From contig JADHVF010000001.1 in the NCBI GenBank assembly GCA_016784145.1, positions 26,367 through 90,366 on the forward strand: DNA of 64,000 nucleotides, given 5' to 3'. The translations under genes were made by a program, and so were the position numbers. Source of the stretch: Patescibacteria group bacterium (GTDB lineage Bacteria > Patescibacteriota > Patescibacteriia > UBA2591 > UBA6264). The first letter of the stretch is position 1. Every line of letters begins with the position of its first letter. This document shows, piece after piece, positions 45,775-54,703 of the stretch. The notes below the pieces were generated by a model. The model ran no database searches. It was given only the letters and a program-made list of their open reading frames with translations, and was not told the origin of the DNA.

Positions 45775-47304
45775 ATGAAAAAGAAATATTTAAAAATTAG
45801 TTTTTGGTTTTTGTTAATAATAGTAATTTGTTTGCTTTGGTTATCTTGGCAGGTCAAAAAAAATCAACAATTATATTCATTACTCCCTATTGAACAAGCA
45901 CAAGTAAAAATTATTAGAAGCCCGGCAGTGGCTGGAACTTTTTATCCTTCATCTCCATCTGTTTTGAAAAACACTATCAATCAATTTTTAGACAAAGTGC
46001 AAATAATAGAAACAGATAATCAAATAATGGGGTTAATATTGCCTCATGCGGGCTATCAATATTCGGGCCAGGTAGCTAGTTATGGAATTAAGCAATTAGC
46101 AGGGCAATCAATAGACACAATTATTTTAATTGGCAATAGTCATTATGATAGGTTTGACGGAATCTCTGTTTATGAACAAGGATATTATAAAACACCCTTG
46201 GGGGAAGTCAAGATAGATTCTGTTTTAGCGAGCAAGATTATCAATGCTAATAAGCGAATTTTTTTTAGAACTAAAGCGCATGAGCAAGAACATGGTTTGG
46301 AGGTTGAGTTACCTTTATTACAACAAGTATTAGATAATTTTAAGATTGTGCCGATTATGTTTGGAAATGGTAGCGATGATGATTATAAAATTTTAGCTGA
46401 AGCAATTGTTAAACACACGGCTAATAAAAATGTTTTATTAATTGCTAGTTCTGACTTATCTCATTATCCGTCCAGAAATCATGCGAGAATTGCTGACTTA
46501 AAAACAATTGATTCAATTTTAACTGGAGAGGTTGATCAATTTAAAAATACTATACTTAAATTAAAGCAAGAGGGGATTCCAAATGCCTCAACCTTTGCTT
46601 GTGGACAGGATGCTATAAAAACAGTGATGCAGGCATTGAAACAAATGAATGCAAATGAAATTAAATTATTTAATTATGCTAATTCAGGCGATGTTATAGA
46701 GACAGAGCAAAAAGTGGTTGGATATACTAGTATTGGTTTTTTTGGAGCCAGAAGAGGGGATTTATTGAATAAATTAGAAAAAGAAAAACTTTTACAGATT
46801 GCTAAACAAACAATAACATCGCATGTTTTAAATAAAAAAATTCCTGAATTCGAAATTAATTCAGGCAAATTAAAAGAAAATTTAGGAGCCTTTGTCACCA
46901 TAAGAAAACAGGGGAGACTAAGAGGTTGTATTGGTAGGTTTTCTCCAACAACAGTTCCATTACATCAAGTTGTATCTGAAATGGCTATATCTGCCTCTTC
47001 AAATGATAGTAGATTTCCGCCAGTTCAACCAAATGAGTTAGCAGAGCTTGATTACGAGGTTTCTGTTTTAAGTAATTTGATAAAAATTGATGATTGGCAA
47101 GAAATTGAATTAGGTAAGCATGGTGTGCAAATCAGGCAGGGCATGAGAAGTGGCGTGTTTTTGCCACAAGTTGCTACTGATAACAATTGGGACATAAATA
47201 GGTTTATGGGTGAGTTATGTTCTCAAAAAGCAGGGCTGGCATATGATTGCTGGAAAAATAATAATGTTGAAATTTATGTTTTTACGGCCCAGGTTTTCGA
47301 ATAG
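45775..47304 (+). CDS. Fused Memo-like (AmmeMemoRadiSam protein B) and AMMECR1 (protein A) protein with an N-terminal signal anchor
   Basis: The Memo/MEMO1 motifs are AGTFYPSSP, LPHAGYQYSG and IGNSHY. The AMMECR1 motifs are GAFVTIRKQGRLRGCIGRF and GVFLPQVA. The N-terminus MKKKYLKISFWFLLIIVICLLWL is a hydrophobic segment. 509 aa. Confidence 0.8.
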   Translation: MKKKYLKISFWFLLIIVICLLWLSWQVKKNQQLYSLLPIEQAQVKIIRSPAVAGTFYPSSPSVLKNTINQFLDKVQIIETDNQIMGLILPHAGYQYSGQVASYGIKQLAGQSIDTIILIGNSHYDRFDGISVYEQGYYKTPLGEVKIDSVLASKIINANKRIFFRTKAHEQEHGLEVELPLLQQVLDNFKIVPIMFGNGSDDDYKILAEAIVKHTANKNVLLIASSDLSHYPSRNHARIADLKTIDSILTGEVDQFKNTILKLKQEGIPNASTFACGQDAIKTVMQALKQMNANEIKLFNYANSGDVIETEQKVVGYTSIGFFGARRGDLLNKLEKEKLLQIAKQTITSHVLNKKIPEFEINSGKLKENLGAFVTIRKQGRLRGCIGRFSPTTVPLHQVVSEMAISASSNDSRFPPVQPNELAELDYEVSVLSNLIKIDDWQEIELGKHGVQIRQGMRSGVFLPQVATDNNWDINRFMGELCSQKAGLAYDCWKNNNVEIYVFTAQVFE

Positions 47305-49510
47305 ATAGAATTAAAATAAACCACAAATTTATTATTGATATAAATGCTAGGCTATTAATTATTCCGAAAATAGGAATTAAAATTAATGAAGGCAACAAAC
47401 AGCCTAACATTGAGCCAATTAAATCAGCGCTATATATGGTGCCTGTTTTATTATCAAGGTTTGTTTGAGATAATAGAAAAATATTATTTGAAATTGGAAA
47501 GATGGCTGCTCCTATAAAACCAGTCATTAGCAAGATTATTAAAATAATAATTTCAGATAGAACATGACTTATATTTATTAACAAAGGCAAAATTCCTATA
47601 AGGATAATTGGAAATATTATTAAAATTAAGTGCATTTTAATTAAATCATTAAAATCTTTTTTTGATTGACCATAAAATATGCCTAGGGCCATACCAATAA
47701 AAAATACTGATATTAATAGAGAAATTCGGAGATAAATATGGCCAATAATTGATTGATACGTAAAAATAGTTATTATTTCTAAGGCCATCAAACAAAATCC
47801 GCCTATGATTATTGAAATTATAGGTAATTTTTTTAATAATTGTTGTTTTGACTTTGATAAATATAAAGATATTGTTAGTAATAACATGGCAAAGATTTCC
47901 CAAAAATATGAGGATAAGGTTTTTAATAATTTTGAGAAATTTAAATAAAAATGATCTAACCAGAATAAGTTTTGATAAAAATAGGCAATTGGTTTGAACA
48001 TTTTATTTGTGGCTGCTTGTTTATTTTCATCAAACAATTCAATCATTTTGACTGAGCGAGGATTGGTCATGCGGTATTTAATATAATCTTTATTTATAAA
48101 TTTAGTGTTAATGTTTCTTTGGCTAATTCTACTTGATAAAATTTTAGAACTGATGCCAGTATAAGGGTTTTTGTGTCCTAAAAATAAATTTGATTCATCT
48201 GCTAAAACAGATACTCTTGGAAAAACTTGTTTTAAAGTTTTGTATAAAGATGCATTAAGATTAGCTAGATTGCCAGTCATAGAGCTTAATGAAGAAGACA
48301 TGTGAGTTGCTATTATGCCACTATTGGCTAGTTTTTTATGAGTTATTTGAATGAATTCTTGAGTATAAAATCGGTTAGTGTGAGCAGTCGAAGGATTAGG
48401 TATGTTTATGATAATAAAATCAAATTGTTCATTTGTTTTGTTTAAAAAATAAAAGGCATCTTTGTTAATAATTTTTACTTTATCATTTTTTAATGCTTGG
48501 CGAGCTTGTTTTGAAATATATTTTTTAAATATGTTTAATTTTTGTTTGTCTGGCTCTACGTAATAAACCTGGTCAGGATTATGCTTCAATGTTTCTTCAA
48601 GGGCTTGAGAAAGGTTATTGCCTATTAAAAGAATTTTTTTAGGAGATGAATGATGTAGCAATGATAAATGAATAAAACTTTCATAAAACAAGGCTTCCTT
48701 GTCTGAATAAATAAGCTTATTGTTTAAATAAAAATTATGTTGTGAGTCAATTTTTGTGACAGCAATGTTTCCATAATAAGAGTTGCTGGTGGCTAACAAT
48801 TCTTGATTTTTGAACCTAAGAGATTGTGTGGCTGTGTTTAGTTGTTTCAAATATGGAGAAAATGAAAGAAAAATTAGTATTATTATTAAAATGCTTGTAA
48901 AAATTTTTATTAAAAAATAGGGTGGTTTTTTATGAACAAGCAAAAGTATCATGCTTAGATTTATTACAAGTAGAATCAAAGCAACAAAGAATTCATTAAA
49001 TCTAATAAACCAAAAACTAAATAAAAAACCTCCAATTATAAAGCCGATTATTTCTAAAAAATAGGCTTTATTTATTTCTTTAATTTTATTTTGATTAAAT
49101 AATTTAGAAATAATTTTACTGGCTATTGTCCACCATAATCCTAATGTAATACATAAAGGAGCTGGAATTATAAAGGCAAATACAAAAGAATGAATTAAGT
49201 TTGGAATTTCTCCTGCCAGTCCTAGATATAATTTTACAATTCTAATTAAAAATATTTCCAGTAAAAATAACCACCCTATCCAAAAATGGATTTTGACAAG
49301 GGAATATAAGTCTTGTTTAGATTTGTTTAAATATTTTTTGAAAAAACCACTGCCAAAAGCAATCCATCCTAACCAAGCAGCTAAAATTATGCCAATAAAA
49401 AATTCATTGCCATAAAAAGTGGAAATCGCTTCCCTTATAATAATTGATTGAGTTATAATAGAACTAATCCCCAGTACAAAAATAGATGTTAAAGCATTTT
49501 TCTTCCTCAT
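47282..49510 (-). CDS. Polytopic membrane protein with a central spermidine-synthase-like (PABS/class I methyltransferase fold) domain
   Basis: About 14 TM segments flank a soluble domain. Within it, KKILLIGNNLSQALEETLKHNPDQVYYVEPD and FDFIIINIPNPSTAHTNRFYTQEF parallel the spermidine synthase GGGDGG...VEID and DVIIxDxxDP...LFTxEFY blocks. The glycine-rich motif is degenerate. Confidence 0.5.
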   Translation of the reverse strand: MRKKNALTSIFVLGISSIITQSIIIREAISTFYGNEFFIGIILAAWLGWIAFGSGFFKKYLNKSKQDLYSLVKIHFWIGWLFLLEIFLIRIVKLYLGLAGEIPNLIHSFVFAFIIPAPLCITLGLWWTIASKIISKLFNQNKIKEINKAYFLEIIGFIIGGFLFSFWFIRFNEFFVALILLVINLSMILLLVHKKPPYFLIKIFTSILIIILIFLSFSPYLKQLNTATQSLRFKNQELLATSNSYYGNIAVTKIDSQHNFYLNNKLIYSDKEALFYESFIHLSLLHHSSPKKILLIGNNLSQALEETLKHNPDQVYYVEPDKQKLNIFKKYISKQARQALKNDKVKIINKDAFYFLNKTNEQFDFIIINIPNPSTAHTNRFYTQEFIQITHKKLANSGIIATHMSSSLSSMTGNLANLNASLYKTLKQVFPRVSVLADESNLFLGHKNPYTGISSKILSSRISQRNINTKFINKDYIKYRMTNPRSVKMIELFDENKQAATNKMFKPIAYFYQNLFWLDHFYLNFSKLLKTLSSYFWEIFAMLLLTISLYLSKSKQQLLKKLPIISIIIGGFCLMALEIITIFTYQSIIGHIYLRISLLISVFFIGMALGIFYGQSKKDFNDLIKMHLILIIFPIILIGILPLLINISHVLSEIIILIILLMTGFIGAAIFPISNNIFLLSQTNLDNKTGTIYSADLIGSMLGCLLPSLILIPIFGIINSLAFISIINLWFILILSIRKPGP

Positions 49511-49564
49511 AAATATATTATAACATATATATACAGATAATTTCTAGTTTGTTATGCTTTTAAT

Positions 49565-50035
49565 ATGAAAATCCTACTTGTTTTTTATTCTAGAACTAAA
49601 ACAACAGCCAAGCTTGCTAAAGTAATGGCAGGCAAAATTGATTGTGATTCAGAGGAGATTATTGACACATTTGATAGACAAGGAGCAAGAGGTTATTTGA
49701 TTTCAGGCAAACAAACAATTCAGAAAAAATTAACATTACTTGAACCAATTAAAAATAAACCAGATTCATATGATTTAGTGATAATTGGCACTCCTGTTTG
49801 GGTTTTTACAATGTCAGTTCCAATCAGAACTTATATAAATAATTATTATAAGCAGTTTAAGCAAGTAGCTTTTTTTTGCACGCAAGGAAGCAAGGGGCAT
49901 GAGAAAACATTTAAACACATGGAAGAGCTATGTAAGCAAAAGCCGATAGCTGTGATTGATTTTACAACTAAGCAGATTATAAATCACGAGTATTCTATTA
50001 AATTAAAAAAATTTATTCAAGCAATAAAAACTTAG
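49565..50035 (+). CDS. Flavodoxin-like fold protein
   Basis: MKILLVFYSRTKTTAKLAKVMA resembles the flavodoxin N-terminal MKIxIVYxSxTGNTE loop. 156 aa. Confidence 0.4.
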   Translation: MKILLVFYSRTKTTAKLAKVMAGKIDCDSEEIIDTFDRQGARGYLISGKQTIQKKLTLLEPIKNKPDSYDLVIIGTPVWVFTMSVPIRTYINNYYKQFKQVAFFCTQGSKGHEKTFKHMEELCKQKPIAVIDFTTKQIINHEYSIKLKKFIQAIKT

Positions 50036-50044
50036 TAAATTGTT

Positions 50045-50078
50045 AATTAAAAAATACTAGCAATTAATTGCCAGTATT
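50045..50078. terminator. Bidirectional hairpin terminator between convergent genes
   Basis: tactagcaatt/aattgccagta stem (one mismatch) flanked by an A-run and a T-run. Confidence 0.5.
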
Positions 50079-50097
50079 TTTATTTTTGAAAGATTGA

Positions 50098-50628
50098 TTA
50101 TTGATTGACTTGTCTATTACGGAACATTCTTTGATGATTTTCATATTCTGGCATCACCTGAAATTTATACCTATTCATCATGCCGCCATTATATCTTTGA
50201 TAAAATTGTCTCATTGGGCGATGTTTAATCCAGAAAACATCAAGACCAGAATAATTTATTAACCAACCAGCTAATAAAATAGCCAAAATAAAACTAGTTG
50301 ATATCAAAACAAAATTTTTCTTATATGAAAAATCAAATTTTTTTAAAAGCCAGACACTAATTCCAATACCGATAATAGCTAAGCCAAGTGCCCACCAAGG
50401 GAAACTTGCTAATAGTTGTTGGTAATGAAATTCTTTCATTCGGCCATGTGTCCGCCAGGAAAATGTTACTAAACTTATTGAAAATATTGTTAAAATAGCA
50501 ACTCCAGTTAAACCAGTAATCATGGTTAGTGAATTTAAAACAAATTGCCATTTTGGTTTTATTTTAATTTTCTTTTTTTTAATTAAAGACATTACATTTT
50601 GTTGTATTTTGTCTATTTTTTTTGACAT
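50098..50628 (-). CDS. Putative membrane anti-sigma factor (by position and topology only)
   Basis: It overlaps the 3' end of the ECF sigma gene by 16 nt. It has a short cytoplasmic N-terminus and 3-4 TM helices. Confidence 0.35.
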   Translation of the reverse strand: MSKKIDKIQQNVMSLIKKKKIKIKPKWQFVLNSLTMITGLTGVAILTIFSISLVTFSWRTHGRMKEFHYQQLLASFPWWALGLAIIGIGISVWLLKKFDFSYKKNFVLISTSFILAILLAGWLINYSGLDVFWIKHRPMRQFYQRYNGGMMNRYKFQVMPEYENHQRMFRNRQVNQ

Positions 50629-51155
50629 ATTTTTTTCATTAAAATTTTAGCTCGCTTAATTCTTGTCCCGACTGTATTAACTGGCACTCTCAAAATATCA
50701 CTAATTTCTGAATATGATTTTTCTTCTATAAAAAATAAAGTTAATGGTTCGGAATATAAAAGAGGGATTTGAGATAAGCAATTGTGTATCATTGCTTGTA
50801 TTTCTTTTTTAGTAAATTCCATTTCAATATCTTCTTCGCTTTTAAAATCCATCTTGTCTGTTATTGGTAGTTCGTATTTATTTTTTTTAATAGCATTAAT
50901 TGCTTCGTTATGAACAATTCTATATATCCATGAAGAAAATTTTTTCTTTATATTAAAATTATTTAAGTTAATAAATGCTTTAATGAAAGAATTTTGTACA
51001 ATATCAGCAGCATCATCATTGTCATTGATTAGGTAATTAGAATATCTAATAAGTTTATTTTGATATCTGTTTATTATCTGACTATAAGCTTCTTCGTCTT
51101 TTGTACGGACATATTCTATTATTTGTTCGTCTGTCATTTTTTTTAATTCTTTCAT
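50613..51155 (-). CDS. ECF-type RNA polymerase sigma factor (sigma-70 family group IV)
   Basis: Region 2 is DIVQNSFIKAFINLNNF...WIYRIVHNEAINAIKK. The region 4 HTH is SYSEISDILRVPVNTVGTRIKRAK. 180 aa. Confidence 0.75.
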   Translation of the reverse strand: MKELKKMTDEQIIEYVRTKDEEAYSQIINRYQNKLIRYSNYLINDNDDAADIVQNSFIKAFINLNNFNIKKKFSSWIYRIVHNEAINAIKKNKYELPITDKMDFKSEEDIEMEFTKKEIQAMIHNCLSQIPLLYSEPLTLFFIEEKSYSEISDILRVPVNTVGTRIKRAKILMKKICQKK

Positions 51156-51240
51156 TCTTTTGATTTTTATTTAAAAAGTTTAAATACACAAAACTCCAAT
51201 TTTTTTGGAGTCTTGTGCCTTAATTAAACCATGGAATTTT

Positions 51241-51690
51241 TTAATTGTTCAAGGTTTTGTATCCGTGCTCAATATTCATGTGTTCAAAATTACATTCGTC
51301 CTCGCATGATTCATGATCGTGTCTTCCTTGGTCATATCCTCGGTGCATTCCTCGTCCAACTCCTAATCCTAATTCGGCTCGTATTTCATTAGCCCCTTCA
51401 ATGTCTCCTTGTTCTCTAAGATTATGCATGTCTGCGAAAAGGTGAAAATTTTCTTCATTGACAATATCTTTTACTATTCCTTTGCCTGTCATTAACTCGA
51501 GCCAGGCATTATAATCGTTATTAGCGAATGCTTCTTCCATTGCTTTGTGTCTGTCAGGAGTACAGTCAGACCCCCTAAGAGCACTATCGCTATAATATGA
51601 TGCAGAACTAAAGCTAGTTGTTGTCAATCCTACCACAATACCCATTAAGGCAAAAGCAGAAATAGAAATTAGAATTTTTTTAGTACTCAT
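51241..51690 (-). CDS. Secreted hypothetical protein with a His/Cys/Asp/Glu-rich C-terminus (possible metal-binding)
   Basis: N-terminal signal-peptide-like segment (ISISAFALMGIVVGLTTTSFSSASYY). The C-terminus reads GRGMHRGYDQGRHDHESCEDECNFEHMNIEHGY. Confidence 0.4.
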   Translation of the reverse strand: MSTKKILISISAFALMGIVVGLTTTSFSSASYYSDSALRGSDCTPDRHKAMEEAFANNDYNAWLELMTGKGIVKDIVNEENFHLFADMHNLREQGDIEGANEIRAELGLGVGRGMHRGYDQGRHDHESCEDECNFEHMNIEHGYKTLNN

Positions 51691-51825
51691 ATTATTTTTA
51701 TATTTATTTATTAATAATTATCGACCTTTCTGATTATTATACAATAGAAAGATCGTTTTTATTTCATTTTAATAATTTATAATTTTAGATTTATTTGTAA
51801 GCATATGGTTTCAAAAAATATATAA

Positions 51826-51910
51826 TGCCAGAGGAGGGACTCGAACCCACAAGCCCGTAAAGGCATACGGCTCTGAACCGTACGTGTTTACCAATTTCAC
51901 CACTCTGGCT
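51826..51910 (-). tRNA. tRNA-Leu (anticodon CAG), class II with long variable arm
   Basis: The reverse complement folds with an acceptor stem pairing gccagag with ctctggc. The anticodon stem is tacgg/ccgta with loop ttCAGag. The variable arm is gcctttacgggc and the T-arm is tgggttcgagtccc. No CCA is encoded. Confidence 0.85.
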
Positions 51911-51934
51911 ATATATTAGTTATTGATTATTATT

Positions 51935-53638
51935 TTATTTAATGACTCTTTTTGTTTGAATATACCATTTTTCAATTTCAATAAATCGGTCTTTTGAAAA
52001 CCTTAGATTGCCCGTTTGTATATCTTTTATTCTATGGTCAACTGCATAAGTGTAAGTAGGATTATAAAGAAATATAGTTGGGGCATTTAATGAGATTATT
52101 GTTTGAAATTCATTATAATATTCTTGCTTTTTATTTTTATCCTTAGTTATATTTGCCTTTTCAAGTAATTCGTCAATTCTTCGGTTGCTAAATCCAGACA
52201 AATTAAGTCCAGGAGAATTTGATTGAGAGGAGTGCCAAAAAGCATAAGGATTAGTCTTAAAATTTTCTAAAATTCCAAAAATTAAACAATCAAAATCCCT
52301 GGCAGTAATTATTTCTCTTGTTTGTTCAGGAGAAAGAATGGTTAACTTTGTTTTAATCCCATTGTTTTCCCATGTTTTTTGTATTATTTCGGCTGTCAGG
52401 CGGTGTTCAAAAGTATTGATAGTTTTTATGTCTATTTTTAAAATTTCATTATTTTTTTGCCAGAAGCCTTGTTCATTAATTTTCCATCCATTTTGTTGCA
52501 GTTCTTGTTCTGCTAATCCTTGATTATGAGGATATTTTGTTATACTTGAATTAAAATAATCAGAGCTTGGTAATATTGGTCCGTTAATAATAATTCCATT
52601 ATTATTAAAAACCTCTTCGGCTATTTTTTCTTTTGGCGTTAGATATGATAATGCCTTTCTAATTGTTTTTTCTTTTAATATTGAGTCATCTCTGTTGTTC
52701 AAAAACATGGCACTATAATATGGTAAATTGAATTGATGATAATTTATGTTTTTATTTTGTTCTATTTCTCCTTTCATTTCTCTGGCTAGATATCCTAGTC
52801 CATTTATTTGTTTATTATTTATTGCTTGTTCGGCAATTTCAAAGCTTGGAAAAAATTTGAAAATTATTTTTTCTAAATATGCTGGCTGGTTATAATAATT
52901 ATCATTTCTTGTAAATTCATATGACTTTATGTTCTCGTGTGTATCTTTGGTCAAAGATGAAAATTTAAATAAGCCACTGCCAACAGGTTTTATATTAAAC
53001 TCTGTCTGACCGAAGTTTTCAGCTGGTATTTGTTCCCAGATATGTTTGGGGAGAATTTTAAAAGTTAGATATTCTTCAAAATCAAGTAATTCTTGTTCAG
53101 ACGAAAATTCTACACAATTTTCGTTTATTATTGATATTTTTACATTTTTAAATATTCTAGCTAAAGGATTTTGTGGGACAGATTGTTTTATGAAATTAAA
53201 AGTAAAGATAACATCATCAACAGTCAGTTTTTTGTTGTCGTGCCACAAAATGTCATTTTTTAGACAGGTTGTGTATTTTTTCTTGTCAAAATTTATGTAT
53301 AATTCTTTGGCCAAATCATTAATTGGTTCCAATTTTTTATTATATTTTAAAAGTCCTGAGAAAATTAATTTTGATAAAGATAAATCAACCTCATTATTTG
53401 ATAGAATTGGATTAATTATATTTGGTTGGCCAACAATTCCTTCTATATATGTACCACCGCTGACTGATTTTACTTCTGATTTAATAAAATAAACTCTAGC
53501 AATAAGAAAAAAAAGAGATATAAATCCAATTATTGATAATAAAAGAATAATCTCTTTTTCTTTGGTTGTTAAAAATTTGTTCAAATATTTAATTTTTTTT
53601 AATACAGGTAGTTTAAATTTAAAATACTTGGCAAGCAT
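51935..53638 (-). CDS. Extracellular solute-binding protein, family 5 (peptide/nickel/opine-type SBP-like)
   Basis: N-terminal TM anchor followed by a domain of about 520 aa with an SBP5-like N-terminal block (KKLTVDDVIFTFN...). No permease or ATPase genes are adjacent. Confidence 0.45.
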   Translation of the reverse strand: MLAKYFKFKLPVLKKIKYLNKFLTTKEKEIILLLSIIGFISLFFLIARVYFIKSEVKSVSGGTYIEGIVGQPNIINPILSNNEVDLSLSKLIFSGLLKYNKKLEPINDLAKELYINFDKKKYTTCLKNDILWHDNKKLTVDDVIFTFNFIKQSVPQNPLARIFKNVKISIINENCVEFSSEQELLDFEEYLTFKILPKHIWEQIPAENFGQTEFNIKPVGSGLFKFSSLTKDTHENIKSYEFTRNDNYYNQPAYLEKIIFKFFPSFEIAEQAINNKQINGLGYLAREMKGEIEQNKNINYHQFNLPYYSAMFLNNRDDSILKEKTIRKALSYLTPKEKIAEEVFNNNGIIINGPILPSSDYFNSSITKYPHNQGLAEQELQQNGWKINEQGFWQKNNEILKIDIKTINTFEHRLTAEIIQKTWENNGIKTKLTILSPEQTREIITARDFDCLIFGILENFKTNPYAFWHSSQSNSPGLNLSGFSNRRIDELLEKANITKDKNKKQEYYNEFQTIISLNAPTIFLYNPTYTYAVDHRIKDIQTGNLRFSKDRFIEIEKWYIQTKRVIK

Positions 53639-53648
53639 TTTAATAAAA

Positions 53649-53864
53649 TTAAATAATTAAACGAACAATTCCTAAAACAAGAAATGAAACAGATAATACA
53701 ATTGTTGTTCTAAATATTATTTTTTCAGCTCCTCTCTTGGTGTGATATACTTCGCCACCACCACCCATTAAACTAGATAATCCGCCTCCACGTGATTGCA
53801 AAAGTACTCCAACTATAAGGAGAAAAGAAACAATAATTTGTGTTATGCTTAATATTTTTTCCAT
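53649..53864 (-). CDS. secG: Preprotein translocase subunit SecG-like
   Basis: 71 aa with two TM helices flanking a Gly-rich loop (LLQSRGGGLSSLMGGGGEVY), which is typical of SecG. Confidence 0.55.
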   Translation of the reverse strand: MEKILSITQIIVSFLLIVGVLLQSRGGGLSSLMGGGGEVYHTKRGAEKIIFRTTIVLSVSFLVLGIVRLII

Positions 53865-53879
53865 GATATATAAATTTTA

Positions 53880-54701
53880 TCACTTTTTAAAATTTTGTAA
53901 ACTCTTTGAAGATGAAATTAGTAAATTTTTAAATAAATAAGCAATAGTTAATGGACCAACTCCGCCAGGAACGGGGGACAAATAAAGATTGCTTGTTTTC
54001 TCACTTGTATCAACATCCCCAAATATTTTTTGCTGTCTTCTAGTAAATCCAACATCAATGATAATAGAGTTGTTTTTTAACATGGCTGGTTTTATTATTT
54101 TAGGAATACCAAGTGCACTTACTAATATATCTATTTTTTTGAAATCTTTAGTAAGTTGTTTTATGTTGTGAGTTAAGCTTTTGTAAAGAGATTGAGCTTG
54201 TTTTTCTTCAAATAACTTTACCAAGGGTCGGACAAAAATAGGGTTTTTAGACAAAATAACAAACTTCTTATTTTTAACTGACTTGTTAGTAGATTTAATT
54301 AATTCAATAATTGCTTGATGAACTGGTGATACAAATTTTGTTTTGGAATGAAAGCCATCAATGTCTTTGAAAGGAGAAATTTTAGCAACAATTTTTGAGG
54401 CATTTAATTTTTTGGGCAAAGGCATTTGAACTATAATTCCATGAATTGCTTTGTCTTTATTTAATTGTTCAATTAATTTTAATATTTTTATTTGAGTTAC
54501 ATCATATGAAAAAGAAATTTTTTTAAAATTAACATTTATTCGTTTAGCAAATTTTTCTTTTAATTTTGTATAAATAATTGATGAAGGATTTTTACCAATT
54601 AAAATCACAGCCAAGCCAGGTCGAAGATTATTTTTAGCAATCTTTTTTTTTAGATTTGTTTCAATTTTGTTAGCCAGTTTTTGGCCATCTAATATTTTCA
54701 T
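53880..54701 (-). CDS. folD: Bifunctional methylenetetrahydrofolate dehydrogenase/cyclohydrolase
   Basis: MKILDGQKLANKI N-terminus, PGLAVILIGKNPSS, and NADP-binding SPVPGGVGPLTIAYLFKN. Confidence 0.9.
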   Translation of the reverse strand: MKILDGQKLANKIETNLKKKIAKNNLRPGLAVILIGKNPSSIIYTKLKEKFAKRINVNFKKISFSYDVTQIKILKLIEQLNKDKAIHGIIVQMPLPKKLNASKIVAKISPFKDIDGFHSKTKFVSPVHQAIIELIKSTNKSVKNKKFVILSKNPIFVRPLVKLFEEKQAQSLYKSLTHNIKQLTKDFKKIDILVSALGIPKIIKPAMLKNNSIIIDVGFTRRQQKIFGDVDTSEKTSNLYLSPVPGGVGPLTIAYLFKNLLISSSKSLQNFKK

Positions 54702-54703
54702 AT

